64,000 bases of DNA, from positions 47,343-111,342 of the forward strand of contig JACQQD010000003.1 of the NCBI GenBank assembly GCA_016207165.1, in the 5' to 3' direction. This document shows, one piece after another, positions 29,089-39,681 of this stretch (the first letter of the stretch is position 1; each line of letters opens with the position of its first letter). Made by a program: the position numbers and the translations under genes. This stretch comes from Candidatus Micrarchaeota archaeon (GTDB lineage: Archaea > Micrarchaeota > Micrarchaeia > Norongarragalinales > Norongarragalinaceae). Under the pieces are notes generated by a model. It was not told the origin of the DNA. It saw only the letters and a list, made by a program, of their open reading frames with translations, and searched no databases.

Positions 29089-29624
29089 ACCGCCTCAACA
29101 CCCACCACGTCGCCAAAAGAGAATACCGCACCAAAAAACGGCGTTCCAAACACCGGAAACGGAAAATTCGGGCCCCACGACACGTTCAAGGAGTCGTCCA
29201 GGGACTCTAAAAAAAGAAGGCCTTCGGCCACCCCCACGTCCAGGCACCGCGGACACGGACGAATCGCTTGATCCGACCGCATCAAGTCCAGCCACGCCGA
29301 GACCTCGACATCGGAGACCAACCCGAACACCACGTCCAAGTCCACGCCCCGCTGAAGGTACGCCGCCTCCAAAAAACGTTCCCCGGCCACGGCGCGACGG
29401 CCGGCATCCAACGCCACCTCTTCCAAGGAACCGCCCCGCGCCCCAGACAGGGCATCATGAAGAAAATTCCTCACGTCGTGGCCCACCACGCGACGTTGGC
29501 TTAACTGCATCATGGCCAGGGAATAATCGTCAAGTTCCGAGGAAAAAGAAACCAGGCTAGCCGACCAACCCGTGGCCGCCGCGATGACGCCAAACACCCA
29601 AAAAAGCGCGAACCCCCTCCTCAC
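29085..29624 (-). CDS. Class III signal peptide (pilin-like) protein
   Basis: MRRG/FALFWVFGVIAAA; 4-nt overlap with the upstream ORF. Confidence 0.6.
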   Translation of the reverse strand: MRRGFALFWVFGVIAAATGWSASLVSFSSELDDYSLAMMQLSQRRVVGHDVRNFLHDALSGARGGSLEEVALDAGRRAVAGERFLEAAYLQRGVDLDVVFGLVSDVEVSAWLDLMRSDQAIRPCPRCLDVGVAEGLLFLESLDDSLNVSWGPNFPFPVFGTPFFGAVFSFGDVVGVEAV

Positions 29625-30007
29625 GAAAAAACCACGTCCACACCCCGGTTTTTCCGAACCGCCACCGTATGCGTGCCCTCCACCAAAGCCGCGCGCCCGC
29701 CGCCCTCGAAAACAGCTCCGACGCTCAAAGCGCCAAACGGCGACGTCCACGCCAACGAATCGCCGGACCAAACAACCGACACGTTGTGTTCGAGCGCAAA
29801 ACGCTCTTCATGCCAGAAGCCCGGCGGCATGACGTCGGCAGCGCGAACGGCAAAGCGCACGCGCTCAAAAGCGGCCTCGTCGGAAAAAAGTCCCGCCTGA
29901 TCCAGCGCCGCTTTCCTCACCGGTTCGGTGCCCACCCAGAACACGCCAACGACGCCCAAGATTCCAGCCAAGACCAAAAGCGCTTCCAAGGAGACTTGGC
30001 CCCGCAT
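29621..30007 (-). CDS. Class III signal peptide pilin
   Basis: MRG/QVSLEALLVLAGILGVVG. Confidence 0.78.
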   Translation of the reverse strand: MRGQVSLEALLVLAGILGVVGVFWVGTEPVRKAALDQAGLFSDEAAFERVRFAVRAADVMPPGFWHEERFALEHNVSVVWSGDSLAWTSPFGALSVGAVFEGGGRAALVEGTHTVAVRKNRGVDVVFS

Positions 30008-30008
30008 G

Positions 30009-30200
30009 TCAATTCATCTTCTTGATTTGCTTGAACACGTTTTCGGCTTGCTTGGACAGGACGTCCTTTCCCTCCACAGCCGTGGCTTGAAGCTGGGTGA
30101 CCAACAGCAAAGCCACCGCCACCAAAGCCGCGGTGAGAATCAGCATCTCCGCCGAGACTTGGGCAGTCTCGTCCTTCAGGAAGTCCCTCAACGCGTTCAT
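30009..30200 (-). CDS. Small class III signal peptide pilin (Flp-sized)
   Basis: DETA/QVSAEMLILTAALVAVALL; 63 aa. Confidence 0.8.
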   Translation of the reverse strand: MNALRDFLKDETAQVSAEMLILTAALVAVALLLVTQLQATAVEGKDVLSKQAENVFKQIKKMN

Positions 30201-30234
30201 GTAGAAAAAGCCGGGAAGCGCCGTGAAAAGCCTT

Positions 30235-30255
30235 GAGTAGAAAAAAAATCAACCC
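30235..30255. promoter_or_regulatory. Shared operator copy 1 (pilin promoter)
   Basis: GAGTAGA-AAAAAAA-TCAACCC beside a minus-strand ATAAAT. Confidence 0.6.
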
Positions 30256-30394
30256 AACCGATTTATGCAACGCGCTGAATCGAAGCCACCATCGTCCAAA
30301 ACAACCATAAAAAAAAGTAAGTACTTTAGACAGGTATCTAACGGAAACCCGGCGTATTGGAACGGTGTTTCGAATCCGGCAAGAAACCGGGCAC

Positions 30395-30970
30395 TCAAAC
30401 CGTCAAGGCGAACAACAAAAAGAAGAATGCCAAAAACGTGGACAGCCAAACGCCCTTGTTCCACGCCCACACCTTGGCCCCGTCCAAGACGCCAAACGGC
30501 ACCATGTTAAACGCGCCCAAAAACGCGTTGACGACGGCTCCAAGCAACGCGAATTGCTGCAAGCTCGGCACACTGGCGGCCAACACCAAGAACAGGATCG
30601 CCAACCCCAAATTCATCAAGGGGCCTGCAATGGAAATCTTGCCGACCTGGGCCTTGGAAAGCCTTCCGTGAAAGTAAACGGCACCCGGAGCGGCAAACAC
30701 GAACTGGCCCTGCGTGGCAAAGGCCATCCCAAGCGCCAGAACCAGTCCCAAAGTCCACGCCCGGAAATACGCGGTGGCGCCAAACGAAATGGCCACGTAC
30801 TTGTGCGCCAACTCATGCAAGATAAACCCCAGCCCCACCGTCAAAAGCACGGTGTAAAAATAGTCCACGGAGAATACGTCGTCGCGGAACAACGAGAACG
30901 CCAAGGAAATGGTGATGACGGACACCAGAATGTGCAGCCATTCCTCGGCATCAATGCGAAAACGGGCCAT
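30395..30970 (-). CDS. M50 family (site-2) intramembrane metalloprotease
   Basis: HELAH, AGP..N, FNMVP...LDG. Confidence 0.92.
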   Translation of the reverse strand: MARFRIDAEEWLHILVSVITISLAFSLFRDDVFSVDYFYTVLLTVGLGFILHELAHKYVAISFGATAYFRAWTLGLVLALGMAFATQGQFVFAAPGAVYFHGRLSKAQVGKISIAGPLMNLGLAILFLVLAASVPSLQQFALLGAVVNAFLGAFNMVPFGVLDGAKVWAWNKGVWLSTFLAFFFLLFALTV

Positions 30971-31024
30971 GGGAAATTACTTGGAAACGCAATGGTTTTT
31001 GTGGGTTTTGGAAAAGAAAAACAT

Positions 31025-31441
31025 TCACGCCAGCCGCTCGGTTTCCGTGATCTTGACCGTCGCCGGACTAAACGTTCCCCCGTACGACGTGATTTGGCCT
31101 TCCGCGTGAACCCCGTTGCCGTACACGATCTTGATTCTTTCCCCAACCCGCCCGTCTTCAAGCGCCGTGACGAACAAGACGTCCAACAGCGCCGCGCGCA
31201 CGCCGCCTTCCCGCCGAAACAAGGCCACCATGGAATCGCCTTTCTTGATGCCGCGCACGTGCGGGTACGCAAAAGCCCACACGATGGACAAGCCGATGCC
31301 CAAGGCCAAAAGACGCCACACGTCGGACAAGAATTGAGCGCCGGTAACTCCTCGTTGAACCAAAAAGCCGCTCAAACCAAACAAAATCAGGGCTACGCTT
31401 ACCGAAACGGTCAACGCCTTTCCCAACGCACTGAGGTTCAT
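31025..31441 (-). CDS. Membrane protein with C-terminal beta domain
   Basis: Two TM helices then a beta-rich tail. Confidence 0.7.
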   Translation of the reverse strand: MNLSALGKALTVSVSVALILFGLSGFLVQRGVTGAQFLSDVWRLLALGIGLSIVWAFAYPHVRGIKKGDSMVALFRREGGVRAALLDVLFVTALEDGRVGERIKIVYGNGVHAEGQITSYGGTFSPATVKITETERLA

Positions 31442-31450
31442 GAAAAAGTT

Positions 31451-33577
31451 TCACGCGTACTGCAAGTCTTTTTCGCGTTGCCGCTTCTTCATGAGGATGG
31501 GTGACAGCGTGGACAACGCTTTCTCAAAGTGCTTGGGTTCCACGACTTTCGCGTTGACATTCTCCCGAAGCGCGACCATGGCGGCTTCCCGGCACAACCC
31601 CTCGACGTCGGCTCCGGAAAAGCCGTCCGTAACCTTGGCCAGGTGCCGAACGTCCACTTTGTTCAGCGGCATGGCCTCGGTGTGCACCTTAAAAATGGCC
31701 AGCCGCGTCTCCTCGTCGGGCAACCCGATTTCAATGATCTTGTCAAAGCGGCCCGGCCGAAGCAAAGCGGGGTCAATGATGTCAATGCGGTTGGTGGCGG
31801 CAATCACGACGATTTCCTTGATGTTCTTCAGCCCATCCATTTCCGTCAACAGCGTGTCCACCACGCGGGCGCTCACGTGGGAACCCCCCTCGTCGCCGCC
31901 GCGCACCGGAGCCACGGCGTCCAACTCGTCGATGAAAACGATGGTGGGCGCCGCCAACCGGGCTTTCCGAAATATTTCCCTCAGCCCGCGCTCGCTTTCA
32001 CCGATCCATTTCGAAAGAATCTCCGGGCCCTTGATGGAAATGAAGTTGGCTTCCGCCTCCGTGGCCACGGCCTTGGCCAACATGGTCTTGCCCGTGCCCG
32101 GCGGACCGTAAAGCAGAATGCCTTTCACGGGCCGAATTCCCAACCGCTTGAAGGCCTCCGGCTTTTTGAGCGGCATTTCGACAGCTTCCCGAATCTCGCG
32201 TTTGGCCTCGTCCAATCCGCCGACGTCGCTCCAGCGCACGTTGGGCGCCTCCACGAAAACCTCTCTTAACGCCGAGGGGTGAATCTCGCGAAGCGCATTC
32301 TTCACGTCGTCGCGCGTGACTTTGAGTTCCTCCAAAATGTGGGCGGGAATCTCCTCGTCCTCCAAATTGATCTTCGGTAAAATTCTCCTCAACGCCTTCA
32401 TCGCGGCTTCCTTGACCAACGAATGCATGTCCGCCCCCACAAAGCCATGCGTTTGCGCCGCAATCTCGTCCAACGACACATCCTTGGAAAGCGGCATGCC
32501 GCGCGTGTGAATCTGGAGGATTTCCTTCCGGCTCTTCTTGTCCGGCACGCCAATCTCGATTTCCCGGTCAAACCGCCCCGGCCGCCGCAACGCCGGATCG
32601 ATGGCGTTCTCACGGTTGGTGGCGCCAATGACTACAACTTGCCCACGGCCCTTGAGCCCATCCATGAGCGTGAGAAGCTGGGAAACGATTCTTTTTTCGA
32701 CTTCGCCCACCACTTCCTCCCGCTTGGGGGCCACCGAATCCAGTTCGTCGATGAAAATGATGGACGGCGCGTTCTCCTCGGCTTCATTGAAAATCTGCCT
32801 TAGTCTTTCTTCGGCCTCGCCCACGAATTTGCTGACAATCTCGGGGCCGTTAATCGTAATGAAGTGCGCGTCGGACTCGTTGGCCACCGCCCTGGCCAGA
32901 AGCGTCTTGCCGGTGCCTGGAGGCCCGTACAACAAAACGCCTTTCGGCGGCTCAATGCCCAACCGTTCAAACAATTCCGGGTGGCGCATGGGAAGTTCCA
33001 CCATTTCCCGGATTTTTTGGACTTCCTCCTTGAGGCCGCCGATGTCTTCATACGAAATCGTGGCAATCTTGCCCATTTCCTTGACGGGTTCTTCCTTGAG
33101 AATGAGCTCGGTTTCCGGCGCGACCAACAACAACCCAGCCGGCAACGTTTGGGCGACGACGAACGGAAAAGACGTGCCAAACACGTTGACGCTCAAAATG
33201 TCTCCCTTGCTCAAAGGCTTTCCAATGAGGTTCTTCTTCACGTAAGAGTCAAAACCCGGCGCGTACCGGCTGTTCTGGTTGGGAGCCAACACGATTTTTT
33301 TCGCCGTACGAATCTGGGCTTTCTTGACTTTCACGCGGTCGCCCAAAGCGACGGACGTGTTTTGCCGCAAAATGCCGTCCATGCGCACGATGTTGAGTCC
33401 CTCGTCCTGAGGATGAGCCGGCAGAACCAGGGCGGCGGTGGCTTTCTTGCCCTTGATTTCCACGACGTCGCCCGTCGTCAGACCCAACAATCTTCGAGCG
33501 TTGGAATCCAGCCTTACGACGCGTTTTCCGTAGTCAATCTGCATGGCTTCCGCGACTTTCAACTCCAATTCGTTCAT
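31451..33577 (-). CDS. cdc48: CDC48/VCP family AAA+ ATPase
   Basis: N-domain and two AAA modules, each with GPPGTGKT and RPGRFD. Confidence 0.96.
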   Translation of the reverse strand: MNELELKVAEAMQIDYGKRVVRLDSNARRLLGLTTGDVVEIKGKKATAALVLPAHPQDEGLNIVRMDGILRQNTSVALGDRVKVKKAQIRTAKKIVLAPNQNSRYAPGFDSYVKKNLIGKPLSKGDILSVNVFGTSFPFVVAQTLPAGLLLVAPETELILKEEPVKEMGKIATISYEDIGGLKEEVQKIREMVELPMRHPELFERLGIEPPKGVLLYGPPGTGKTLLARAVANESDAHFITINGPEIVSKFVGEAEERLRQIFNEAEENAPSIIFIDELDSVAPKREEVVGEVEKRIVSQLLTLMDGLKGRGQVVVIGATNRENAIDPALRRPGRFDREIEIGVPDKKSRKEILQIHTRGMPLSKDVSLDEIAAQTHGFVGADMHSLVKEAAMKALRRILPKINLEDEEIPAHILEELKVTRDDVKNALREIHPSALREVFVEAPNVRWSDVGGLDEAKREIREAVEMPLKKPEAFKRLGIRPVKGILLYGPPGTGKTMLAKAVATEAEANFISIKGPEILSKWIGESERGLREIFRKARLAAPTIVFIDELDAVAPVRGGDEGGSHVSARVVDTLLTEMDGLKNIKEIVVIAATNRIDIIDPALLRPGRFDKIIEIGLPDEETRLAIFKVHTEAMPLNKVDVRHLAKVTDGFSGADVEGLCREAAMVALRENVNAKVVEPKHFEKALSTLSPILMKKRQREKDLQYA

Positions 33578-33657
33578 GATGGTAATAGCCTCCGAAGAAG
33601 TATCTGGCGTCCAATACGTAATAGTCCCAGAACGCTTTTTTAAAGCAACGGTTGCAA

Positions 33658-34152
33658 TCACGTTTTCGGAACGAAAACGCCGGCTTTCCTGTCTTTTTGG
33701 ACGTTTCCCGCCTTGAAGTAGCGGCCATTCATGGCCAAATAGACTCCGGGCGGCAACGTCTGCACGAACGCCAAGGCGGAACCCAAATTGAAGAGCCCGT
33801 CCGAAGAGCCGAACGTAAAAGGAATCATGGCGCCGGTGAGCACCACCGTCTTTCTACTGACTTTCTTGGCCACGGCTTCCGCGGTTTCCGGCATGGTGTC
33901 CGTGCCGTGCGTCACGACAATCCGCTTTTCCTTGGCTGCCTCGCACGCATCGGCCACAGCCTTTCGGTCTTCATCCTTGAAATCCAGGCTATCCTTGAGA
34001 AGCAGGGTTTCAACCTCCACGTCCAAGTGGCAGCGGCCTTCCTTGAGCACCTGCGGCACGTGCGTCTTGGAAAACGAGAGTTTGGCGTGGATTTCATCGT
34101 AAAACTTGTCAAACGTGCCGCCCGTGACGAGAATCTTGATTTTCTCCGTCAT
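33658..34152 (-). CDS. Short L-asparaginase-domain protein
   Basis: TGGTFDK, THGTDTM, TGAMIP, SDGLFN. Confidence 0.88.
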   Translation of the reverse strand: MTEKIKILVTGGTFDKFYDEIHAKLSFSKTHVPQVLKEGRCHLDVEVETLLLKDSLDFKDEDRKAVADACEAAKEKRIVVTHGTDTMPETAEAVAKKVSRKTVVLTGAMIPFTFGSSDGLFNLGSALAFVQTLPPGVYLAMNGRYFKAGNVQKDRKAGVFVPKT

Positions 34153-35114
34153 TTCTTTTGCCCCGCCAAAACGATTTGCGCCAACAACGCTTCCATTTGG
34201 ATGCGTTCGTCCGCGCCCTCGCTCATCCGGAAAGAATACTCGCCGACTTTGTCAACCAGGTGCACTTTCACGGAATCCGGCAAATCCATGGACACGATTT
34301 CACGGTACACTTGCTTCATGACGTCTTCCCCGGAAAGACCGTACTTGACCATCAACGAATCCAACTGGGTTCGGGCCTCCAAGAAAGAGCCCTTCCACGC
34401 AAGATTCACCATGTCCTGGACTTCCTTGGGCCGCGCCTGCGCGGCCACCTTGTACACGTCGTCTTCCGACACGCTGGACCCCAACACCGACGCGGCTTGA
34501 AGCACGTTGAGCACTTTGCGCGCGTCGCCTTGCGCCATGTGCACCACGGCTTCGGCGGCCCCTTCCCCTAATTTAAGCTTCTCGGCGGCGGCCACTTTTA
34601 ACACCAGCTTCTGCAAGTCTTCTTGCTTGAGCGGCCCAAAACGAAACACGGCGCACCGGCTCTGGATGGGCTCGATGATGCGCGACGAATAATTCGCGTT
34701 CAAAATGAATCGGCACGTTTTGGTGTATTGTTCCATGGTCCGACGCAAGGCTTGTTGAGCATCATTGGTCAACGCGTCGGCTTCATCCAAAAAAATGAGT
34801 TTGAAGGGCACGTCCGCCAACGCCATGGTTCTGGCAAAGTCCTTGATTTTTCCGCGCACCACGTCGATTCCACGTTCATCCGACGCATTCATTTCGTGAA
34901 AGCTGGCACGGTAGTTTTCACCGAAAAGTCCGCGCGCCAACGCCAGGGCCGCGGAAGTTTTGCCCGTGCCTGCCGGGCCCGCAAACAACAGATGCGGAAC
35001 GTTTTTCTGCTCGGCATACGCTTTGAGCCGCTCGACGGCCACGTCCTGGCCCAACACGTCATCCAACGTTTGGGGACGGTATTTTTCCACCCACGGAATG
35101 TAATCGGAATCCAT
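34149..35114 (-). CDS. rfcS: Replication factor C small subunit
   Basis: PWVEKYRP, GPAGTGKT, NASDERG, DEAD, SRC; no intein. Confidence 0.96.
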   Translation of the reverse strand: MDSDYIPWVEKYRPQTLDDVLGQDVAVERLKAYAEQKNVPHLLFAGPAGTGKTSAALALARGLFGENYRASFHEMNASDERGIDVVRGKIKDFARTMALADVPFKLIFLDEADALTNDAQQALRRTMEQYTKTCRFILNANYSSRIIEPIQSRCAVFRFGPLKQEDLQKLVLKVAAAEKLKLGEGAAEAVVHMAQGDARKVLNVLQAASVLGSSVSEDDVYKVAAQARPKEVQDMVNLAWKGSFLEARTQLDSLMVKYGLSGEDVMKQVYREIVSMDLPDSVKVHLVDKVGEYSFRMSEGADERIQMEALLAQIVLAGQKK

Positions 35115-35193
35115 CAACATCAGGAAGGATTTCTGTGGCGTGTTGACCTTAAAAATCAAACGGCTTAAAAACGAGGGCGTCGTCTGGTTAACC

Positions 35194-35514
35194 ATGCTTC
35201 TTTGCACCACGGAAAACCCGCCCGGTCAAAAAATAAGGGACTACAAGGGCGTGGTGTGGGCCTCGGTGGTCCGCTCCAAGCACTTGGGACACGACTTTTA
35301 CGCCGTTTTGAAGAGCCTGAAAGGCGGCGACATCTCCTCGTATCAAAACCTCACCAACCAAGCCCGCGCCGACGTGCTGAAAAAACTGGAGGAAAACGCG
35401 AAAAAGCAGGGCGCCAACGCCGTCGTCGGACTGCAATTCGGCACCACGCAAATCCTCCCATCCACCATTGAAGTCTGGGCGGTAGGAACCGCGGTTACCC
35501 TCGCCAAAAAATAA
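35194..35514 (+). CDS. YbjQ/UPF0145 family protein
   Basis: GG....Y, GANAVVG, GTAV motifs. Confidence 0.88.
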   Translation: MLLCTTENPPGQKIRDYKGVVWASVVRSKHLGHDFYAVLKSLKGGDISSYQNLTNQARADVLKKLEENAKKQGANAVVGLQFGTTQILPSTIEVWAVGTAVTLAKK

Positions 35515-35532
35515 TCCACGGACCAATAAACC

Positions 35533-37296
35533 ATGAAATGGATGCTCCTGGTTTTGGCCGGAGTCCTGGTTTTTGGATGCCTCCAGTCCCCCCCTCAAAG
35601 CGCAAGCCCAACACCGGAAACCCCTGTCCCGCCAACGCCTTTCATTGAACCCTCTTTATCGCCCACGCAAACCCCGGTTCCCAGCGACTTCGTCTCGCGG
35701 AGATTTGAAACCCGCTCCGACGGCGCCGTGCGCGTGACCAATCCCCCTGGAAAGCAAAGCGACCAGAACCCCGCGTTCTTGGACGAAAACCACGTCCTAT
35801 TCACGCGCTTTGCCGACGGCTACAACCAAGGCAAAGCCAAACTCGTCTTGATGGATTTAAGGGATGGCTCCGAAACCGTGGTCGTCAACGATGGCGGCAC
35901 GGCGGTGTCCACCAACGGCAACCCCTTCACTCCAGACAAAAACCAAGTTTGTTACGCCTCGGATGCCAAAAGCGAGGATGACATATGGTGCGTGCCGGTC
36001 TTGGGTGGAACGCCGACGCGCGTCACCCGCGACGAATCCGGCAAGCACTTCATTGAACCGTCCGTACGCTTTGACGGCCAACGCATTGCCTTTGAAATGC
36101 ATGGCCCCGGCGACATTGACGCCTCCAGGGGCCAGATCTGGACCACGGACTTTTCCGGCAACACACGGGTCCTATTGGCGGATGACGCCGACAACCGCTT
36201 GCCGCAATACCATCCCACGGAAAACAAGATCCTCGTCCAACGCAAAGAAAACGGGTTGTTTCGGTTGTTTGTCTTGGATGAGGCCACGGGCCTACTTGCC
36301 GAAGTCGGCATTTTAACCGACGAAGGCACCGACGCGTCGTGGACGAAAAAAGGCGGCATCGTATACTCGGGTGAAAGCGCAAGGCTTGCCGTTCCGCAAA
36401 TCTTCATTCTTGAAGACGACCAAAGCACGCGCATCACAGACTCGGCCATGCTGGATTCCGCGCCGGCGGCTTCAACCAAACAAGTGGCGTTTGAGTCGCG
36501 CGAAAGAAAAAACATGCCGTCACGCATTTGGATCAAGACCCTACCCGTTGAACGCGCACCCAGGCCACCGCCAACGGATTACACCATTGCCAAAGGCGCC
36601 TCGTTTTCCTGGCAACTCGTCGAACCCATGAACACCAAAATCCAAGCCGACGTGTACGACATCGACTTGTTCGAAAGCAATGCGTCTACCGTGCAACAGC
36701 TTCACGACCAAGGCAGGAAAGTGGTTTGCTACCTAAGCGCCGGCACGTGGGAACCCTACCGCCCCGACGCCGGCGCGTTTCCACTGGAAGCCATCGGCAG
36801 AACCTATGCGCCTCCGTTTGACGACGAAAAATGGCTGGACATCCGAGACGAACGCGTTCAGGACATCATGGAAAAACGGCTGGATTTGTGCAAGCAAAAA
36901 GGCTTTGACGGCGTGGAGCCTGACAACGTCGACGGCTTCCAACAAAAAACGGGGTTTGACTTGACGGCCAAAGACCAGCTGGCGTACAACGCGTGGCTGG
37001 CGAAACAAGCGCACGCCCGGGGACTGTCCGTCGGCTTGAAAAATGACGGCGAACAAGCCGCAGACTTGGTCAACGAATTTGACTTTGCGCTGGTGGAGCA
37101 ATGCGTTTCCGACGGATTCTGCGAAGAATTCAAGCCGTTTGTGGACGCGGGCAAAGCCGTGTTCATGGTGGAATACACCGACCAAGGCACCACCCTGGAT
37201 GAAATCTGTTTTTCAGCTGAACAATTCGGCTACTTTGGCTTGCTGAAAAACCGGAACTTGGATGCGTTCGAGGCAACGTGTCCGAAAGCCGGTTAA
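35533..37296 (+). CDS. Lipoprotein: TolB-like beta-propeller fused to a GH114 (endo-alpha-1,4-galactosaminidase-like) domain
   Basis: VFGC lipobox, PT linker, propeller repeats, then SWQL, YDIDLF, VCYLSAG, KGFDGVEPDNVD, GLKND. Confidence 0.82.
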   Translation: MKWMLLVLAGVLVFGCLQSPPQSASPTPETPVPPTPFIEPSLSPTQTPVPSDFVSRRFETRSDGAVRVTNPPGKQSDQNPAFLDENHVLFTRFADGYNQGKAKLVLMDLRDGSETVVVNDGGTAVSTNGNPFTPDKNQVCYASDAKSEDDIWCVPVLGGTPTRVTRDESGKHFIEPSVRFDGQRIAFEMHGPGDIDASRGQIWTTDFSGNTRVLLADDADNRLPQYHPTENKILVQRKENGLFRLFVLDEATGLLAEVGILTDEGTDASWTKKGGIVYSGESARLAVPQIFILEDDQSTRITDSAMLDSAPAASTKQVAFESRERKNMPSRIWIKTLPVERAPRPPPTDYTIAKGASFSWQLVEPMNTKIQADVYDIDLFESNASTVQQLHDQGRKVVCYLSAGTWEPYRPDAGAFPLEAIGRTYAPPFDDEKWLDIRDERVQDIMEKRLDLCKQKGFDGVEPDNVDGFQQKTGFDLTAKDQLAYNAWLAKQAHARGLSVGLKNDGEQAADLVNEFDFALVEQCVSDGFCEEFKPFVDAGKAVFMVEYTDQGTTLDEICFSAEQFGYFGLLKNRNLDAFEATCPKAG

Positions 37297-38399
37297 GTCC
37301 GCAACGACGCCGTGAGTTCCCGCCATTTCTCCTGCACGCGGAAAAAGCGTTTGACCTGGGATTCCAAGTCAGGCAAGCACACGTCCTTGAATGAAGTCAA
37401 CGCGAACCTAAAATACTCTTTCTCGATGTCCGAGTCCTCCAATTTCTTGACGGCCTCGTCCAACGGTTTCTGCTGTTGGCGCCGCAACGCAAAGCGTTCC
37501 GGCGAGAACTCATGCAACAGCGTATTTGGCCCCTCGCGGCAAGAACGCGTTACTTGCTCGTCGGTTGGAAGGCGGCCGAACTGCTTTAACGCGTACTCGA
37601 CCGCCAACCCGATGCACGAGCCTTGCACGCCGTCCACGTAATAGTTGACCAGCGTGTCCAACCCGTACTTTTCCGGCTTGTGGAAACCCACCGGTGCTTC
37701 AGGAAGAAACGGTTGGAACGCCTCTTCTTTCGAAAAATACTTGGACAAAGAACAAAACACGCCGTCCTCGATGCGGAAACGCGTCGGAAAAAACGCGTAC
37801 GGCAAAGCCAGTTTCCAGGACACCGCCAGACAACCCGCCTGGTAGCCCTCGACACTGGGCGGCCACTCGTCGGAATACCCGCAAAACGCTTCCCGCAACT
37901 TGACCAGCGCTTCTTTTCTTGAAATGCGGTGCTCGCGGAAATCCGTTAAAGCTCTGGACGCTTTGTCCATCAAAAACGACACGCCGGTGCGGCGGCCCGC
38001 ATACGCGCCCACCACCAACCCGTGGTCGTTTAAGTGCTTGGCAAACCGGGTGAAGAACGGCTCCACGGGCACCACGTCGTCGTCCAAAAACACGACGTTT
38101 TTTTGGCGCTTTACGGCTTCCAGCAACACGGCGTTCCGGGGCCCGCCATAAGGCCCCTCAAACAAGAACCGGTACTCCGCCGCCTGATGATTCAAATACG
38201 TTTTTTCATCCAGGATGGAAACGCCGACGCCATACGGCTTGGCGGCCGCATCGCCGAACATCTGGTTTTCTGCGGCGTGCCCCGACCCATCCACCACCAC
38301 GACTTCCGCGCGAACCCCCTCGCTTTGGAGGGCCTCCAAGACGTTCAGCACGGTGGGCCGCAGGCGGTGGGCGCGATTGGAAACAATGCCGACGATCAT
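37293..38399 (-). CDS. GT-A fold glycosyltransferase-like protein
   Basis: VVVDGS, YGGPRN, FLDDDV, RIED motifs. Confidence 0.65.
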   Translation of the reverse strand: MIVGIVSNRAHRLRPTVLNVLEALQSEGVRAEVVVVDGSGHAAENQMFGDAAAKPYGVGVSILDEKTYLNHQAAEYRFLFEGPYGGPRNAVLLEAVKRQKNVVFLDDDVVPVEPFFTRFAKHLNDHGLVVGAYAGRRTGVSFLMDKASRALTDFREHRISRKEALVKLREAFCGYSDEWPPSVEGYQAGCLAVSWKLALPYAFFPTRFRIEDGVFCSLSKYFSKEEAFQPFLPEAPVGFHKPEKYGLDTLVNYYVDGVQGSCIGLAVEYALKQFGRLPTDEQVTRSCREGPNTLLHEFSPERFALRRQQQKPLDEAVKKLEDSDIEKEYFRFALTSFKDVCLPDLESQVKRFFRVQEKWRELTASLRT

Positions 38400-38956
38400 T
38401 GCACGTCCCCGTGGCCCGGAGCCAGCAACCGGTAATCCAGGCGTTCAAGCAAGGAAAGGGATTCATCCAACGCCGAAGAGTTGCCGCCCCACAAATCCGT
38501 ACGCCCAACCCCTCCATGGGAAAACTTGGTGTCCCCCGAAAAAAGAATTCCCGAATTCTTCTCCAGAAAGCACACGCTGCCGGGCGTGTGACCGGGGGTG
38601 TGGAAAAGCTCCAACGCAAAATCGTCAAACCCCAGCACGTTTCCCGAAAACGGCTTGAAAAAATCGGGCTTAGGCGTATCCGCATAATCCGCGTTCAAGT
38701 CTTCCAGCACCCGCAAGTCCCCGGCGTGCATGAGCCCAGGCCACTGCGCCTCCAACGCCCCCAGCACGTGGTCGAAGTGGCCGTGGGTAAACAGGACGCC
38801 GGCCACGGGCTTGGACAAAAAAGACACCACGCGATCCGGATTCAGGCCCGAGTCAACCAGCCACACCGCATTTTTTCCTTCCAACACGTAGACGTTGGAC
38901 GACAACGGTTCCTCATCCCCGTAGACGACGTGGATGCCATCCGCCAATTCCTGCAT
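38396..38956 (-). CDS. MBL-fold hydrolase (glyoxalase II-like)
   Basis: THGHFDH, TPGHTPG, FSGDT, PGHG. Confidence 0.9.
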   Translation of the reverse strand: MQELADGIHVVYGDEEPLSSNVYVLEGKNAVWLVDSGLNPDRVVSFLSKPVAGVLFTHGHFDHVLGALEAQWPGLMHAGDLRVLEDLNADYADTPKPDFFKPFSGNVLGFDDFALELFHTPGHTPGSVCFLEKNSGILFSGDTKFSHGGVGRTDLWGGNSSALDESLSLLERLDYRLLAPGHGDVQ

Positions 38957-38958
38957 GA

Positions 38959-39171
38959 CTAGGCGGGTTGGGACGCCGGAGCTTGAAAACGCTTCTGGGT
39001 GGACTTTTTACCCCAGCAATCCTTGCAGATGACGCGGCGCTCGGTTTTGGTCGCCGTCAAACTGGACTTGATGCAGTACTTACAAACGATCCGCTTGCAG
39101 TACGTGCAAGGCTCAAAATAGTACTCTTCCTTGCCGCACCGCTCGCATTTCTTCAACGACGCCTTCTTCAA
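38959..39171 (-). CDS. Small Cys-rich zinc-finger protein
   Basis: Four CxxC pairs in about 70 aa. Confidence 0.72.
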   Translation of the reverse strand: MKKASLKKCERCGKEEYYFEPCTYCKRIVCKYCIKSSLTATKTERRVICKDCWGKKSTQKRFQAPASQPA

Positions 39172-39274
39172 AACAGAGACACCCCTAAGTGGAACGCAAA
39201 AACCGAATTCCAAAGGAAACCGGAAACACTCTGTAAAGGCCTTGATTTAAAAAGGCTTCGCGAGAGGGCGAGGC

Positions 39275-39625
39275 CTACTCCTTGCGACGGCGCTTGATTC
39301 GGGGCGGAAGTCTCGGCAAGACACCGCGAGTTGGCGGAGGATCCACTGGAACGCCCGTCGCCAACGGCAAAACCCGATCCGAATGCTCTTTTTTGACCCA
39401 TGCCTGCAATTCCCTCTTCAATACATTGGAAACGCCGCGGTATACGCGATTCAACTTTGAAGAATCATCACGAAAAACGAAACGTCCATTTTCCAGATCC
39501 GGCAATTTTTCTCCAACGGCATGGTCCGAAACATGGATTCCCATGACGAACCCCAAACCATTAAGGAGAATCGGGCCATGTTCAGCGTGTTCCAACGTAA
39601 ACGACTTTTCCCTGGGGCCAACCAT
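39275..39625 (-). CDS. Hypothetical orphan protein
   Basis: 116 aa, basic tail PPRIKRRRKE. Confidence 0.5.
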   Translation of the reverse strand: MVGPREKSFTLEHAEHGPILLNGLGFVMGIHVSDHAVGEKLPDLENGRFVFRDDSSKLNRVYRGVSNVLKRELQAWVKKEHSDRVLPLATGVPVDPPPTRGVLPRLPPRIKRRRKE

Positions 39626-39681
39626 GGAAATCGCATTGGGGACGCCAGAAGATAAAAACCGTTGCCATCCATTACACCCCT

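Noticed and set aside
30340-30395. TTCGAATCC resembling a tRNA T-loop
   Set aside because: No cloverleaf, acceptor stem or anticodon arm can be built
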